This document shows, piece after piece, positions 1 through 6,378 of a stretch of 13,230 nucleotides of DNA. Location: assembly GCA_037147375.1 (NCBI GenBank), contig JBAWVI010000017.1, forward strand, positions 1 through 13,230. The letters run 5' to 3'. The translations under genes were made by a program, and so were the position numbers. The notes under the pieces were generated by a model. It worked only from the letters and a program-made list of their open reading frames with translations, was not told where the DNA came from and searched no databases. The first letter of the stretch is position 1. Each line of letters starts with the position of its first letter. This DNA comes from an archaeon (GTDB lineage Archaea; Iainarchaeota; Iainarchaeia; Iainarchaeales; CSSED10-239).

Positions 1-2530
1 TCTTATCTTTTGATTTTTCGCTTGATTGAACTTGCTTGAATACTTTTAAGATTTCAGCAGTATCTAAATTAAATTTAGCAATTACTGTTTTATCATGTGT
101 GTTAACTATATTATCAAGCTCGTATTCTGCTATTCTGTGCTTTAAGGAATCAATTTCTTTTTTTTGTTCCTTCCATTCCTTAAAAAAGTTACCTAAAGTT
201 TTAGCAAGCTCGCTCTTGTTTACACATAAAACATCTGATGAATTTTCAAGATGTTTTTCTTGCTCTCTAATATACTCAAGTGCTGATTTTTGAGTTGTGT
301 AAAATATTCTTTCAACTCCATCTTGAACACTTGTTCTTTTAATTATTTTAAAAATACCAATATCTTTAATATCATGTAAATGAAGACCAGCACATGCTTG
401 AACATCTATGTTTGGTATTTCAATTATGCTTAAATAGTTTCCTGGAATTGCTCCACCTTGGTAAAGCCTGAATCCATATCTCTTTTCAGCTTCATCTTTT
501 GGTAACTCAAAGATATTTACTTTACTTCCATCAAACACCCATTCATTAACTTGATCTTCAATTAAATCAAGTTCATCTTTTGTAATCGGTTTATAGTGTG
601 TAATATCAAGATGAGATTCAAGAACATCCTTGCTTGCTCCTGCTTGCCAGATGTGCTGACCAAGAACTTTCTTTGCAGCTGCATTTAGAAGATGTGCACC
701 TGTATGCATGCATCTTAATTGCTTTTGACGTGAATCATCAACTAAACAGATTACTGGATGTCCAACATTAATTGCTTTCTTTAAGTTTTCAATAAAATGA
801 AGAATCTTTCCTTCATAATTATAAACTTCTGTTACTTGATAAGCACCATTAATTGTTCCAAGATCAAATGTTTGTCCTCCACCTTCTGGATAGAAAACTG
901 TTTTATCAAGTACTATAAGTTTCTCTGATGCATAAAGAACCTTACTTGTGCATTCTGTTTTATTATCATAATATAATTTAATTGTGTTTGGAAGAAGCTT
1001 GATTGCTTCCTTATTTTCCTTTTCAAGAAGCTTTTGAATAACACTTATGTCCTTTGCAGCCTTCCCAGTTAAATTACTTTCAGCTATTGCTCCAAAGTAA
1101 TCTGCAGGAAGTTCTATTTTCTTATGAAGCTTTTCTGCTGCATCTTCAATTTGTTCCTTTGTTATTCCATCACTCTTGTACATTGTTACAAAATCTTTTG
1201 TATCGAGCTTCTTTCCAGATGAAAGAATGCTTGCAAGCTTACTAACAGCTTTATCCTTGTTTTGTAAATATTTTTTCTTTTCTTCGTCTAAGACATCACA
1301 AGCAGTCTTAAGTCCTTTTGATAAACTTGGATCAAAATCCTTAAGTGAATGAACATGCTCTTCAAATATTTTATTAAAATCAAGCTTGAAATCATGTGTC
1401 TGATCAATATCAAACAATCTTCTAGCAAGAATTCTCAAATTATATCCTCCACCAGAATTACTTGGCAAGAGACCATCAGTTCCTGTATAAAGTAAAGTCT
1501 TTGTGTGATCACAAACTGCATAAAGAGCATGAACAGGATCAAGTTTCTTGAATAATTCATCTCTTGACTGTCCAAGTTTCTTTGCAATAATTTCTTGAGA
1601 TTTTTTAAGGTCTGCTACTTCGTCTGCATTTAATTCTCCAGAGAGTTTATAAAATTCAGTTAATAACTTATCATCAAACTTAACTCCAGTATGTTTTTTT
1701 AAATACTTGAGTACATCTGCAAAAGTAATATCATAACTTGTTGGTGTTCCGTTTGTGTACCATGCAAGTCTTTCAAACCCAGCACCCATATCAATAACTG
1801 GTTTCTTTAATTGTTCATATTTTCCTTTACCCTGATCTTGATATTGCATGAAAACACAATTACCAAGCTCAACACCATTTGCAAAATATTCCATGCATGG
1901 TCCAAAGTATCCTCCACCTTCCCAAACATCTTCAAAGAAAACTAAATCATCTTCTTTAACTCCAATAACTTTAGTTAGATATTCATGGTCTAAAGAAAGA
2001 GCTTCTTCTTTCCAATAAGGTTTCTTTGGATCTGTGTTAAATGCGTGTTGACCAAACATAACAAAGGTTGTATAATGTGTTCCAGTAACTCCTACATTTG
2101 AAATATCTCCAAACCTAATAGATGTTTGTGGAACAATAAGTGGATCTGCAGGTGGTTTAACTTCTCCATTAACAACATATGGTTGAAAATCTATGATTGA
2201 TGCATTAGTAAAATATAAATCGTTTCTCCATCTTGGAATAACTGGATATCTTTTAATTGATTCATGTCCATTCTTCTTAAAGAACTTTTCAATTTCATGC
2301 CAAGTTTCTTGATAAGTATATCCTTTTGTTTTATGTCCAATAAAATCACGAGATTGACAACTAGATTCAGCACAATATTCTCTATTAGTGTTAGTCCAAA
2401 ATGGACGCTTACACTTTTTACAAATCTTTCTTTCATACCCTAAGTTAGTAAGAGCCTTAACCTTATAATGATCTTGCCAGTTCTTTTCAAACATTGGTCT
2501 AACTTGTTTTTTAAGTTCAGTTTCTGCCAT
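1..2530 (-). CDS. alaS: Alanyl-tRNA synthetase, archaeal type. The start is complete and the C-terminal end runs off the left edge of the window (843 codons visible).
   Basis: Absent from the supplied ORF track, presumably because it has no stop inside the window. I checked every minus-strand triplet of the frame starting at 2530 down to position 2 and found no stop. The frame is closed just upstream by TAG at 2543-2545. Translation starts MAETELKKQVRPMFEKNWQDHYKVKALTNLGYERKICKKCKRPFWT (archaeal AlaRS N-terminal Cys cluster). It continues through class II core segments (FTNASIIDFQPY, GPCMEYF, IDMGAGFERLAWY) and the editing-domain metal motifs HxxxH (MHTGAHLL) and CxxxH (CAGLH). Confidence 0.92.
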   Translation of the reverse strand, partial: MAETELKKQVRPMFEKNWQDHYKVKALTNLGYERKICKKCKRPFWTNTNREYCAESSCQSRDFIGHKTKGYTYQETWHEIEKFFKKNGHESIKRYPVIPRWRNDLYFTNASIIDFQPYVVNGEVKPPADPLIVPQTSIRFGDISNVGVTGTHYTTFVMFGQHAFNTDPKKPYWKEEALSLDHEYLTKVIGVKEDDLVFFEDVWEGGGYFGPCMEYFANGVELGNCVFMQYQDQGKGKYEQLKKPVIDMGAGFERLAWYTNGTPTSYDITFADVLKYLKKHTGVKFDDKLLTEFYKLSGELNADEVADLKKSQEIIAKKLGQSRDELFKKLDPVHALYAVCDHTKTLLYTGTDGLLPSNSGGGYNLRILARRLFDIDQTHDFKLDFNKIFEEHVHSLKDFDPSLSKGLKTACDVLDEEKKKYLQNKDKAVSKLASILSSGKKLDTKDFVTMYKSDGITKEQIEDAAEKLHKKIELPADYFGAIAESNLTGKAAKDISVIQKLLEKENKEAIKLLPNTIKLYYDNKTECTSKVLYASEKLIVLDKTVFYPEGGGQTFDLGTINGAYQVTEVYNYEGKILHFIENLKKAINVGHPVICLVDDSRQKQLRCMHTGAHLLNAAAKKVLGQHIWQAGASKDVLESHLDITHYKPITKDELDLIEDQVNEWVFDGSKVNIFELPKDEAEKRYGFRLYQGGAIPGNYLSIIEIPNIDVQACAGLHLHDIKDIGIFKIIKRTSVQDGVERIFYTTQKSALEYIREQEKHLENSSDVLCVNKSELAKTLGNFFKEWKEQKKEIDSLKHRIAEYELDNIVNTHDKTVIAKFNLDTAEILKVFKQVQSSEKSKDK

Positions 2531-2538
2531 AAATATCA

Positions 2539-2571
2539 ATACCTATAAATATATCGAACATACCTATAAAT
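2539..2571 (-). promoter_or_regulatory. Two copies of a 12-bp direct repeat (plus strand ATACCTATAAAT, minus strand ATTTATAGGTAT) spaced 21 bp apart just upstream of alaS. Candidate tandem TATA-box promoter elements.
   Basis: Exact repeat at 2539-2550 and 2560-2571. Read on the minus strand each contains TTTATA. The proximal copy ends 9 nt upstream of the alaS ATG (2530), so it sits close to the start codon. This would fit a short or absent leader. Confidence 0.35.
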
Positions 2572-2619
2572 TATACTTAATATATAAGATAAATAAGTAT
2601 TTAAAGATATATTTTAGGG

Positions 2620-3645
2620 TTAATCATATCTTATTGGCTTAGCTTTTACTTTCTTTCTTAATTTGTTTAATAGATACTCTTTGTTTTCATCTACAATTTG
2701 AGAAATTTCTTTTTTTCTTTCCATTAATAAATCATAAATGAAGATACTAAATTTATTATAATCTTTAGAATTTTGTAATCTTTCAAGAAGGTTAATATAC
2801 CTGTTTCTGTTATTAAGATTAATTATTACTCTAGGAAATCCATTATCCATAAGAATAAGATTAAGTAGTTCTCTTCCTGTTCTTCCATTTCCATCAGAAA
2901 AAGGATGAACACTTTCAAAGAAGATGTGTAGATAACTTGAAAGTTCGACAGGATAAACCTGGTCTTTATTATTTGAATAATAATCCATAAATTCATTCAT
3001 AAGTTCTTGAACCCTACTTGCATTAGGTGGGAGATAACTTGAACCAGTAAGATATACAGGCTCTGTTCTATATTTTCCTGGATGTTTCTCTTCAAATGTA
3101 TACAGAACTTCTTTATGAATATTTTTAATTAATTTTTCAGTTAATTTTTGTTTTTTTGAAAATATTTTCTGTTTAACGTTCTTTAAATTTATTATTTCTT
3201 GAATTTCGTATACTTGTTTTCCTTCAATTGCTATTCCTTTATCCATTACCAATGCAGTTTCCAATAATGATAAAGAATTTCCTTCAACTGATGCACTTCC
3301 TTGTGCAAATCTTACATATTCATCTTTATCAAAAGATTTAAATCCCTCTTTGAAATATCTTTTAAATAATAGATAATCATATCTTAGTTTTTCAAGTTCT
3401 ATTATTTCCATAGTGGATAATACTTCTGGTTTTCTTTTTTGAAGAACAATCTTTGATGCTTCAATCCCTATTTTATTTCTAAGATCAATAAATGCTTTAT
3501 CTAATGCTTCTTTTGATTTTGGGTCTGATAAGTACACACTTATCTTCCTTCTATCACCATATAAGTTGATAGTTTCCTCAAGATAATAATATTTTTTATC
3601 AGAAATAATTCTTTTGTTTATGAACACAATGTAATTAACCCTCAA
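2620..3645 (-). CDS. Fic-domain protein (Fic-1) with the canonical AMPylase-type motif and an N-terminal inhibitory-helix motif.
   Basis: 341 aa ORF. Core Fic motif HPFSDGNGRTGR matches HxFx(D/E)GNGRxxR. The upstream segment SASVEGN matches the (S/T)xxxE(G/N) auto-inhibitory motif of class II Fic proteins. The annotated start is TTG at 3645. A GTG at 3627 is an alternative, and there is no ATG in the first ~78 codons. Confidence 0.85.
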   Translation of the reverse strand: MRVNYIVFINKRIISDKKYYYLEETINLYGDRRKISVYLSDPKSKEALDKAFIDLRNKIGIEASKIVLQKRKPEVLSTMEIIELEKLRYDYLLFKRYFKEGFKSFDKDEYVRFAQGSASVEGNSLSLLETALVMDKGIAIEGKQVYEIQEIINLKNVKQKIFSKKQKLTEKLIKNIHKEVLYTFEEKHPGKYRTEPVYLTGSSYLPPNASRVQELMNEFMDYYSNNKDQVYPVELSSYLHIFFESVHPFSDGNGRTGRELLNLILMDNGFPRVIINLNNRNRYINLLERLQNSKDYNKFSIFIYDLLMERKKEISQIVDENKEYLLNKLRKKVKAKPIRYD

Positions 3646-3688
3646 AATGTTTAAAAATAGATGTTTTTAGATAATTGAGGGTTAATTA
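3632..3688. promoter_or_regulatory. Perfect 14-bp inverted repeat (TAATTAACCCTCAA, 29-nt spacer, TTGAGGGTTAATTA) spanning the Fic-1 start codon and upstream region.
   Basis: Arms at 3632-3645 and 3675-3688 are exact reverse complements. The spacer is AT-rich with a TATA-like run (minus strand CTATTTTTAAACA). The proximal arm contains the TTG start and the first four codons of Fic-1. The element begins 16 nt after the stop of the upstream Cys-rich gene. Confidence 0.5.
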
Positions 3689-3703
3689 ATTTTAAATTAA
3701 TAA

Positions 3704-4042
3704 TTATATATTACCAGGAACTGTAAGTAAAGGTTCACATTTATTATTTACACAATTAATTCCTTGCAATTCCATGCAACTATAAACACAACCTTTTATC
3801 CCTCCATTGTACTTAGATATCAGGCTACTTATCCTTATTTCTTCATTTTTATTTATTAATATAGAACACCCAAATGGGCATGAGGGCCCTACAGATATAC
3901 AGTCCTCTTTTACAGAACAATAGTTTGCTTTGATGATTTCTTTACTAACTTGTTTCTCTGTTGGACTAAATTTATATAAGATAAACCCTATGCTTAAAAC
4001 AAGGATTGTTACTATTAATAAAATAATAAATTTTTTCTTCAT
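3704..4042 (-). CDS. Small membrane-anchored 8-Cys protein, paralog 1 of 4 (P1), unknown function.
   Basis: 112 aa. MKKK followed by a ~20-residue hydrophobic segment, then the scaffold C-x5-C-x6-CPFGC-x25-C-x3-C-x7-C-x4-C. GGAG Shine-Dalgarno-like sequence (AAGGAGAGAGAATT) directly before the ATG. Conserved with three neighbouring paralogs. Confidence 0.8.
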   Translation of the reverse strand: MKKKFIILLIVTILVLSIGFILYKFSPTEKQVSKEIIKANYCSVKEDCISVGPSCPFGCSILINKNEEIRISSLISKYNGGIKGCVYSCMELQGINCVNNKCEPLLTVPGNI

Positions 4043-4067
4043 AATTCTCTCTCCTTTATTATTATAA

Positions 4068-4391
4068 TTAATCCAAATTCCAAATACATTTTCCAGTTAT
4101 ACACCCAAAATTTTTTATTGGTCCGCAATCATAAGCACAACCCTCATTATTTACATAATAGCGTGTAATTAATTTTTGTATTCTTGTTTCTTCATTTTTA
4201 TTAATTAATATATTACATCCAAATGGGCAAGCACCTAATTTTGCACTACAATCCTCTTTTACAGAACAATAGTTTGCTTTGATTATTTCTTTATTAATTT
4301 GCTTTTCTGTTGGACTAAATGCGTATAGGATAAATCCTATAATTAAAATAAGGATAGTCGCAATTAACACAAAAATAAATTTCTTTTTCAT
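4068..4391 (-). CDS. Small membrane-anchored 8-Cys protein, paralog 2 of 4 (P2), unknown function.
   Basis: 107 aa with the same architecture and Cys spacing as P1. About 58 of the first 78 residues are identical to P1 by my hand alignment, and the C-terminal third diverges. AAGGAGAT lies upstream of the ATG. Only 25 nt separate it from P1. Confidence 0.8.
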   Translation of the reverse strand: MKKKFIFVLIATILILIIGFILYAFSPTEKQINKEIIKANYCSVKEDCSAKLGACPFGCNILINKNEETRIQKLITRYYVNNEGCAYDCGPIKNFGCITGKCIWNLD

Positions 4392-4420
4392 TTTATTTCA
4401 CTATCTCCTTAACCTTGTTT

Positions 4421-4438
4421 ATATCCACAAGAACTTCT
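4421..4438 (-). repeat. Shortest remnant of the hisS 3' end (18-bp core), between P3 and P2.
   Basis: ATATCCACAAGAACTTCT matches hisS 6407-6424 at 17 of 18 positions. A further fragment, ATTTCACT at 4395-4402, may correspond to CTTTCACT of hisS, with the P2 Shine-Dalgarno sequence inserted between them. The flanking sequence 4439-4465 parallels 4879-4905. Confidence 0.6.
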
Positions 4439-4464
4439 AATTAATAGTTAATAGATTATTTAAC

Positions 4465-4797
4465 CTAATTTTGAGGAACACACTTATTATCTACACAAGC
4501 TATACCTTTTAACTGAAGACAGTTATAAACACAAGTACTAAAACTAAGTTTGTTTTTATGGTATTCAGAAATAAGGTCACGTATTCTTGTTTCTTCATTT
4601 TTATTTATTAATATCGTACATCCAAATGGACAAGATCCACCTATATGTGTACAATCATCTGATATGGAACAAAAATTTGCATTTTTTATTTCCTGATTTA
4701 CTTTTTTTTCTGATGGACCTGTACAAAATAAAAATATTAAAACACCAATTATAATAACTATTGTTGCGATTAACAAAAATACACATTTCTTTTTCAT
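4465..4797 (-). CDS. Small membrane-anchored 8-Cys protein, paralog 3 of 4 (P3), unknown function.
   Basis: 110 aa. C-x5-C-x6-CPFGC-x28-C-x3-C-x7-C-x4-C. AAGGAGAATAAGT lies before the ATG. It ends at TAG where P4 has TGG, and both then read GTT AAA TAA. Confidence 0.8.
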   Translation of the reverse strand: MKKKCVFLLIATIVIIIGVLIFLFCTGPSEKKVNQEIKNANFCSISDDCTHIGGSCPFGCTILINKNEETRIRDLISEYHKNKLSFSTCVYNCLQLKGIACVDNKCVPQN

Positions 4798-4844
4798 ACT
4801 TATTCTCCTTTTAATTTTTATAAATCTTTATTATTATTTATTAC

Positions 4845-4878
4845 ATCTTTCACTTTATCAATATCTACAAGAATTTCT
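4845..4878 (-). repeat. Remnant copy of the 3' end of hisS (about 34 bp), between P4 and P3.
   Basis: 4845-4878 matches 6391-6424 at 32 of 34 positions (ATCTTTCACTTTATC.ATATCTACAAGAA.TTCT). Confidence 0.8.
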
Positions 4879-4895
4879 AATTGATGATTAATACA

Positions 4896-5252
4896 TTATT
4901 TAACCCAATGTTGAGGAACGCATTTATTATCTACACAATTTATACTTTTAAACTGAGGACGGTCATAAACAGGACAATCATAAACACAAGTACTAAGACT
5001 AAGTTTATTTTTATGATATTCAAAAATCAGATCACGTATTCTTGTTTCTTCATTTTTATTTATTAATATTGTACATCCAAATGGACAAGATCCATCTATC
5101 TGTAGACAATCATCTGATATGAAACAAAAATTTGCATTTTTTATTTCTTGATTCACTCTTTTTTCTGATGGACCTGTACAAAATAAAAATATTAAAACAC
5201 TAATTATAATAACTATAACAGCAATTAGTAAAAATACACATTTCTTTTTCAT
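4896..5252 (-). CDS. Small membrane-anchored 8-Cys protein, paralog 4 of 4 (P4), unknown function.
   Basis: 118 aa. 83 of the first 93 residues are identical to P3 by hand alignment. The loop between Cys6 and Cys7 is 12 residues (PVYDRPQFKSIN) against 7 in P1-P3. AAGGGAGATAAATT lies before the ATG. Confidence 0.8.
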   Translation of the reverse strand: MKKKCVFLLIAVIVIIISVLIFLFCTGPSEKRVNQEIKNANFCFISDDCLQIDGSCPFGCTILINKNEETRIRDLIFEYHKNKLSLSTCVYDCPVYDRPQFKSINCVDNKCVPQHWVK

Positions 5253-5298
5253 AATTTATCTCCCTTAAATTTTTATTGATAATTTTTATTATTTATTA

Positions 5299-5360
5299 TA
5301 TCTTTCACTTTATCAATAGACACAAGAACTTCTTCTCCACTCTTCATGTTCTTTATTTGT
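5299..5360 (-). repeat. Remnant copy of the 3' end of hisS (longest copy, about 62 bp), between Fic-2 and P4.
   Basis: A hand alignment of 5299-5360 against 6390-6451 gives 52 of 62 identical positions. Translated on the minus strand it reads IKNMKSGEEVLVSIDKVKDI, against the HisRS C-terminus IKNMKSGEEVLVDIDKVKDILK. It overlaps the Fic-2 stop codon (5353-5355). Confidence 0.85.
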
Positions 5361-6294
5361 TTATAAAATATTTTACTTGTCCTAAATATTGTTTATAACT
5401 AAATTCAGCAAATTCTTTTGGATTATTTTTTTCTACAGCACTAATTAATGATTTAAAATACTCTCCTTTTTTATCTGAAATATTTAACATTGGAAAGTTA
5501 GAATCAACCAATACTTTATTAAAAATTAATCTACAAATTCTTTTATTTCCATCAAGAAAAGGATGTATCATATATAACTTATAATGAGAGATAACTGCTT
5601 TTTCAAGTGGATTCAATTCAGTTGTATTATACCAATCAACAAAATTAATTAATTGCTTAGTGATATCTATATAATTTGGAGGTTGATAATTAAGTTCTCT
5701 TCCAAGAGGATGTTTTTGATCTGTTTGGATCAAATGAACTGGTCTTACTCTAAACATACCTGGTGTTTTTGTCTCAAACTCAGCCATTGTTGTTCTGTGT
5801 AATTTTTTTAAAAAATCAATTGTTAACTCTATATTACTATTTGAAACAAGGTTAACTGCATCAATCATATTCTTACAAATAATTTCTTCCCTACTTAAAT
5901 TAGATTTATTTTTATATGCATTTTTTACATCTTGAATATTTATATCTACATCTTCTGTTGTTAGTGTGGTTAAGGTAAATAAGATTATAGAATCTATTTT
6001 AAACTGCTTCTGCTTAATAGGGGATAAGGTATTATATTTTTTTATAAAAAAATTTCTTAAAATTATGGTTTTAATCACATCTTCTAAATTATACAGATTA
6101 GATGTATAATGTTCTTGAGAAACCTTGTAAATCACGTTATCATAAAAAGTTAATATTAGTTTTTTAAGTTCATTAGAAGATGGTTTTTTAAGTCCTATAT
6201 ATTTACTAAAATGAACTTGTTTATCTAAAACCCTAAATTTTAATTCTAAGTAATAATATATTTTATTATTTACTTTCTTAACATCTAATTTCAT
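5353..6294 (-). CDS. Fic-domain protein (Fic-2), a divergent paralog of Fic-1 with a Doc-like NKR variant of the core motif.
   Basis: 313 aa. Core motif HPFLDGNKRICR has Lys in place of the second Gly. The N-terminal KIYYYLE segment and the TPGMFR segment align with KKYYYLEE and HPGKYR of Fic-1. The position equivalent to the inhibitory motif reads TLTTED (Glu kept, G/N replaced by Asp). Confidence 0.8.
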   Translation of the reverse strand: MKLDVKKVNNKIYYYLELKFRVLDKQVHFSKYIGLKKPSSNELKKLILTFYDNVIYKVSQEHYTSNLYNLEDVIKTIILRNFFIKKYNTLSPIKQKQFKIDSIILFTLTTLTTEDVDINIQDVKNAYKNKSNLSREEIICKNMIDAVNLVSNSNIELTIDFLKKLHRTTMAEFETKTPGMFRVRPVHLIQTDQKHPLGRELNYQPPNYIDITKQLINFVDWYNTTELNPLEKAVISHYKLYMIHPFLDGNKRICRLIFNKVLVDSNFPMLNISDKKGEYFKSLISAVEKNNPKEFAEFSYKQYLGQVKYFINK

Positions 6295-6299
6295 AGATA

Positions 6300-6375
6300 A
6301 TTAGGGCAACAAACAGTTTATAAAATGTTGCCCTAATACTTAGGGCAACAAATTAATTTACAAAAGATGCCCTAA
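6300..6375. promoter_or_regulatory. Pair of inverted repeats built from four TTAGGGCA half-sites between the hisS stop and the Fic-2 start. Candidate operator/promoter for Fic-2, terminator for hisS, or both.
   Basis: IR1 is ATTAGGGCAACA (6300-6311), a 14-nt spacer, then TGTTGCCCTAAT (6326-6337), perfect over 12 bp. Its spacer contains TTTATAAAA. IR2 is TTAGGGCA (6340-6347), a 20-nt spacer, then TGCCCTAA (6368-6375). The 13-nt direct repeat TTAGGGCAACAAA occurs at 6301 and at 6340. IR1 ends 6 nt from the Fic-2 ATG, and its TATA-like spacer is centred about 25-30 nt upstream of that ATG. Confidence 0.5.
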
Positions 6376-6378
6376 ATT

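Larger units (their letters stand above)
4456..5352 (-). repeat. Tandem duplication: two units of about 440 and 456 bp, each made of a Cys-rich gene, its 5' region and a hisS-tail remnant (P3 unit and P4 unit).
   Basis: TTATTTAACC at 4456 and at 4896 (offset 440). Start codons at 4797 and 5252 (offset 455). hisS-tail remnants at 4845 and 5300. The 15-nt offset difference is the loop insertion in P4. Confidence 0.75.

Noticed and set aside
36-293. Plus-strand 85-aa ORF from the track (TTG start).
   Set aside because: It lies entirely antisense within the uninterrupted alaS reading frame. It is low-complexity Ser/Leu/Phe-rich shadow sequence with no ribosome-binding site.
1054-1245. Plus-strand 63-aa ORF from the track.
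   Set aside because: It is antisense to the alaS coding region, and its composition is typical of a shadow ORF in AT-rich DNA.
2191-2436. Minus-strand 81-aa ORF from the track.
   Set aside because: It is an alternative frame inside alaS. The true frame encodes the conserved AlaRS N-terminus (GYERKICKKCKRPFWT) across the same bases.
3880-3900. CPFGC as a thioredoxin-like CxxxC/CxxC redox active site.
   Set aside because: The spacing is C-x3-C rather than C-x2-C. The ~80-residue ectodomain is too small and too Cys-dense for a thioredoxin fold, so a structural disulfide or metal role is more plausible.
4722-4740. Possible lipobox at the Cys in the anchor of P3 and P4 (IFLFCTG).
   Set aside because: The residues before the Cys (L-F) do not fit the L-[ASTVI]-[GAS]-C pattern, and P1 and P2 lack the Cys entirely. 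It is more likely an uncleaved signal anchor.
4881-4952. Possible C/D-box sRNA on the plus strand (TGATGA at 4882-4887, CTGA at 4948-4951).
   Set aside because: There is no terminal stem and there are no internal C' and D' boxes. It overlaps the P4 coding end on the opposite strand, and such short motifs are expected by chance in AT-rich DNA.
4881-5066. Plus-strand 61-aa ORF from the track.
   Set aside because: It is antisense to P4, whose coding status is supported by three paralogs and a Shine-Dalgarno sequence.
4068-5352. Regularly spaced repeated units that could suggest a CRISPR-like array.
   Set aside because: The units are ~390-456 bp and each encodes a conserved protein. The short repeated pieces are hisS-tail remnants, not 25-40 bp repeats with unique spacers.
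5289-5357. 22-codon ORF (MKSGEEVLVSIDKVKDIINNKNYQ) inside the hisS-tail remnant.
   Set aside because: It is simply the translated relic of the HisRS C-terminus. It has no ribosome-binding site and its length is implausible for a functional product.
6301-6375. TTAGGG, the telomere-type hexamer, occurring four times.
   Set aside because: The copies are not tandem. They are part of longer TTAGGGCA half-sites arranged as inverted repeats in a prokaryotic intergenic region, so the resemblance is coincidental.
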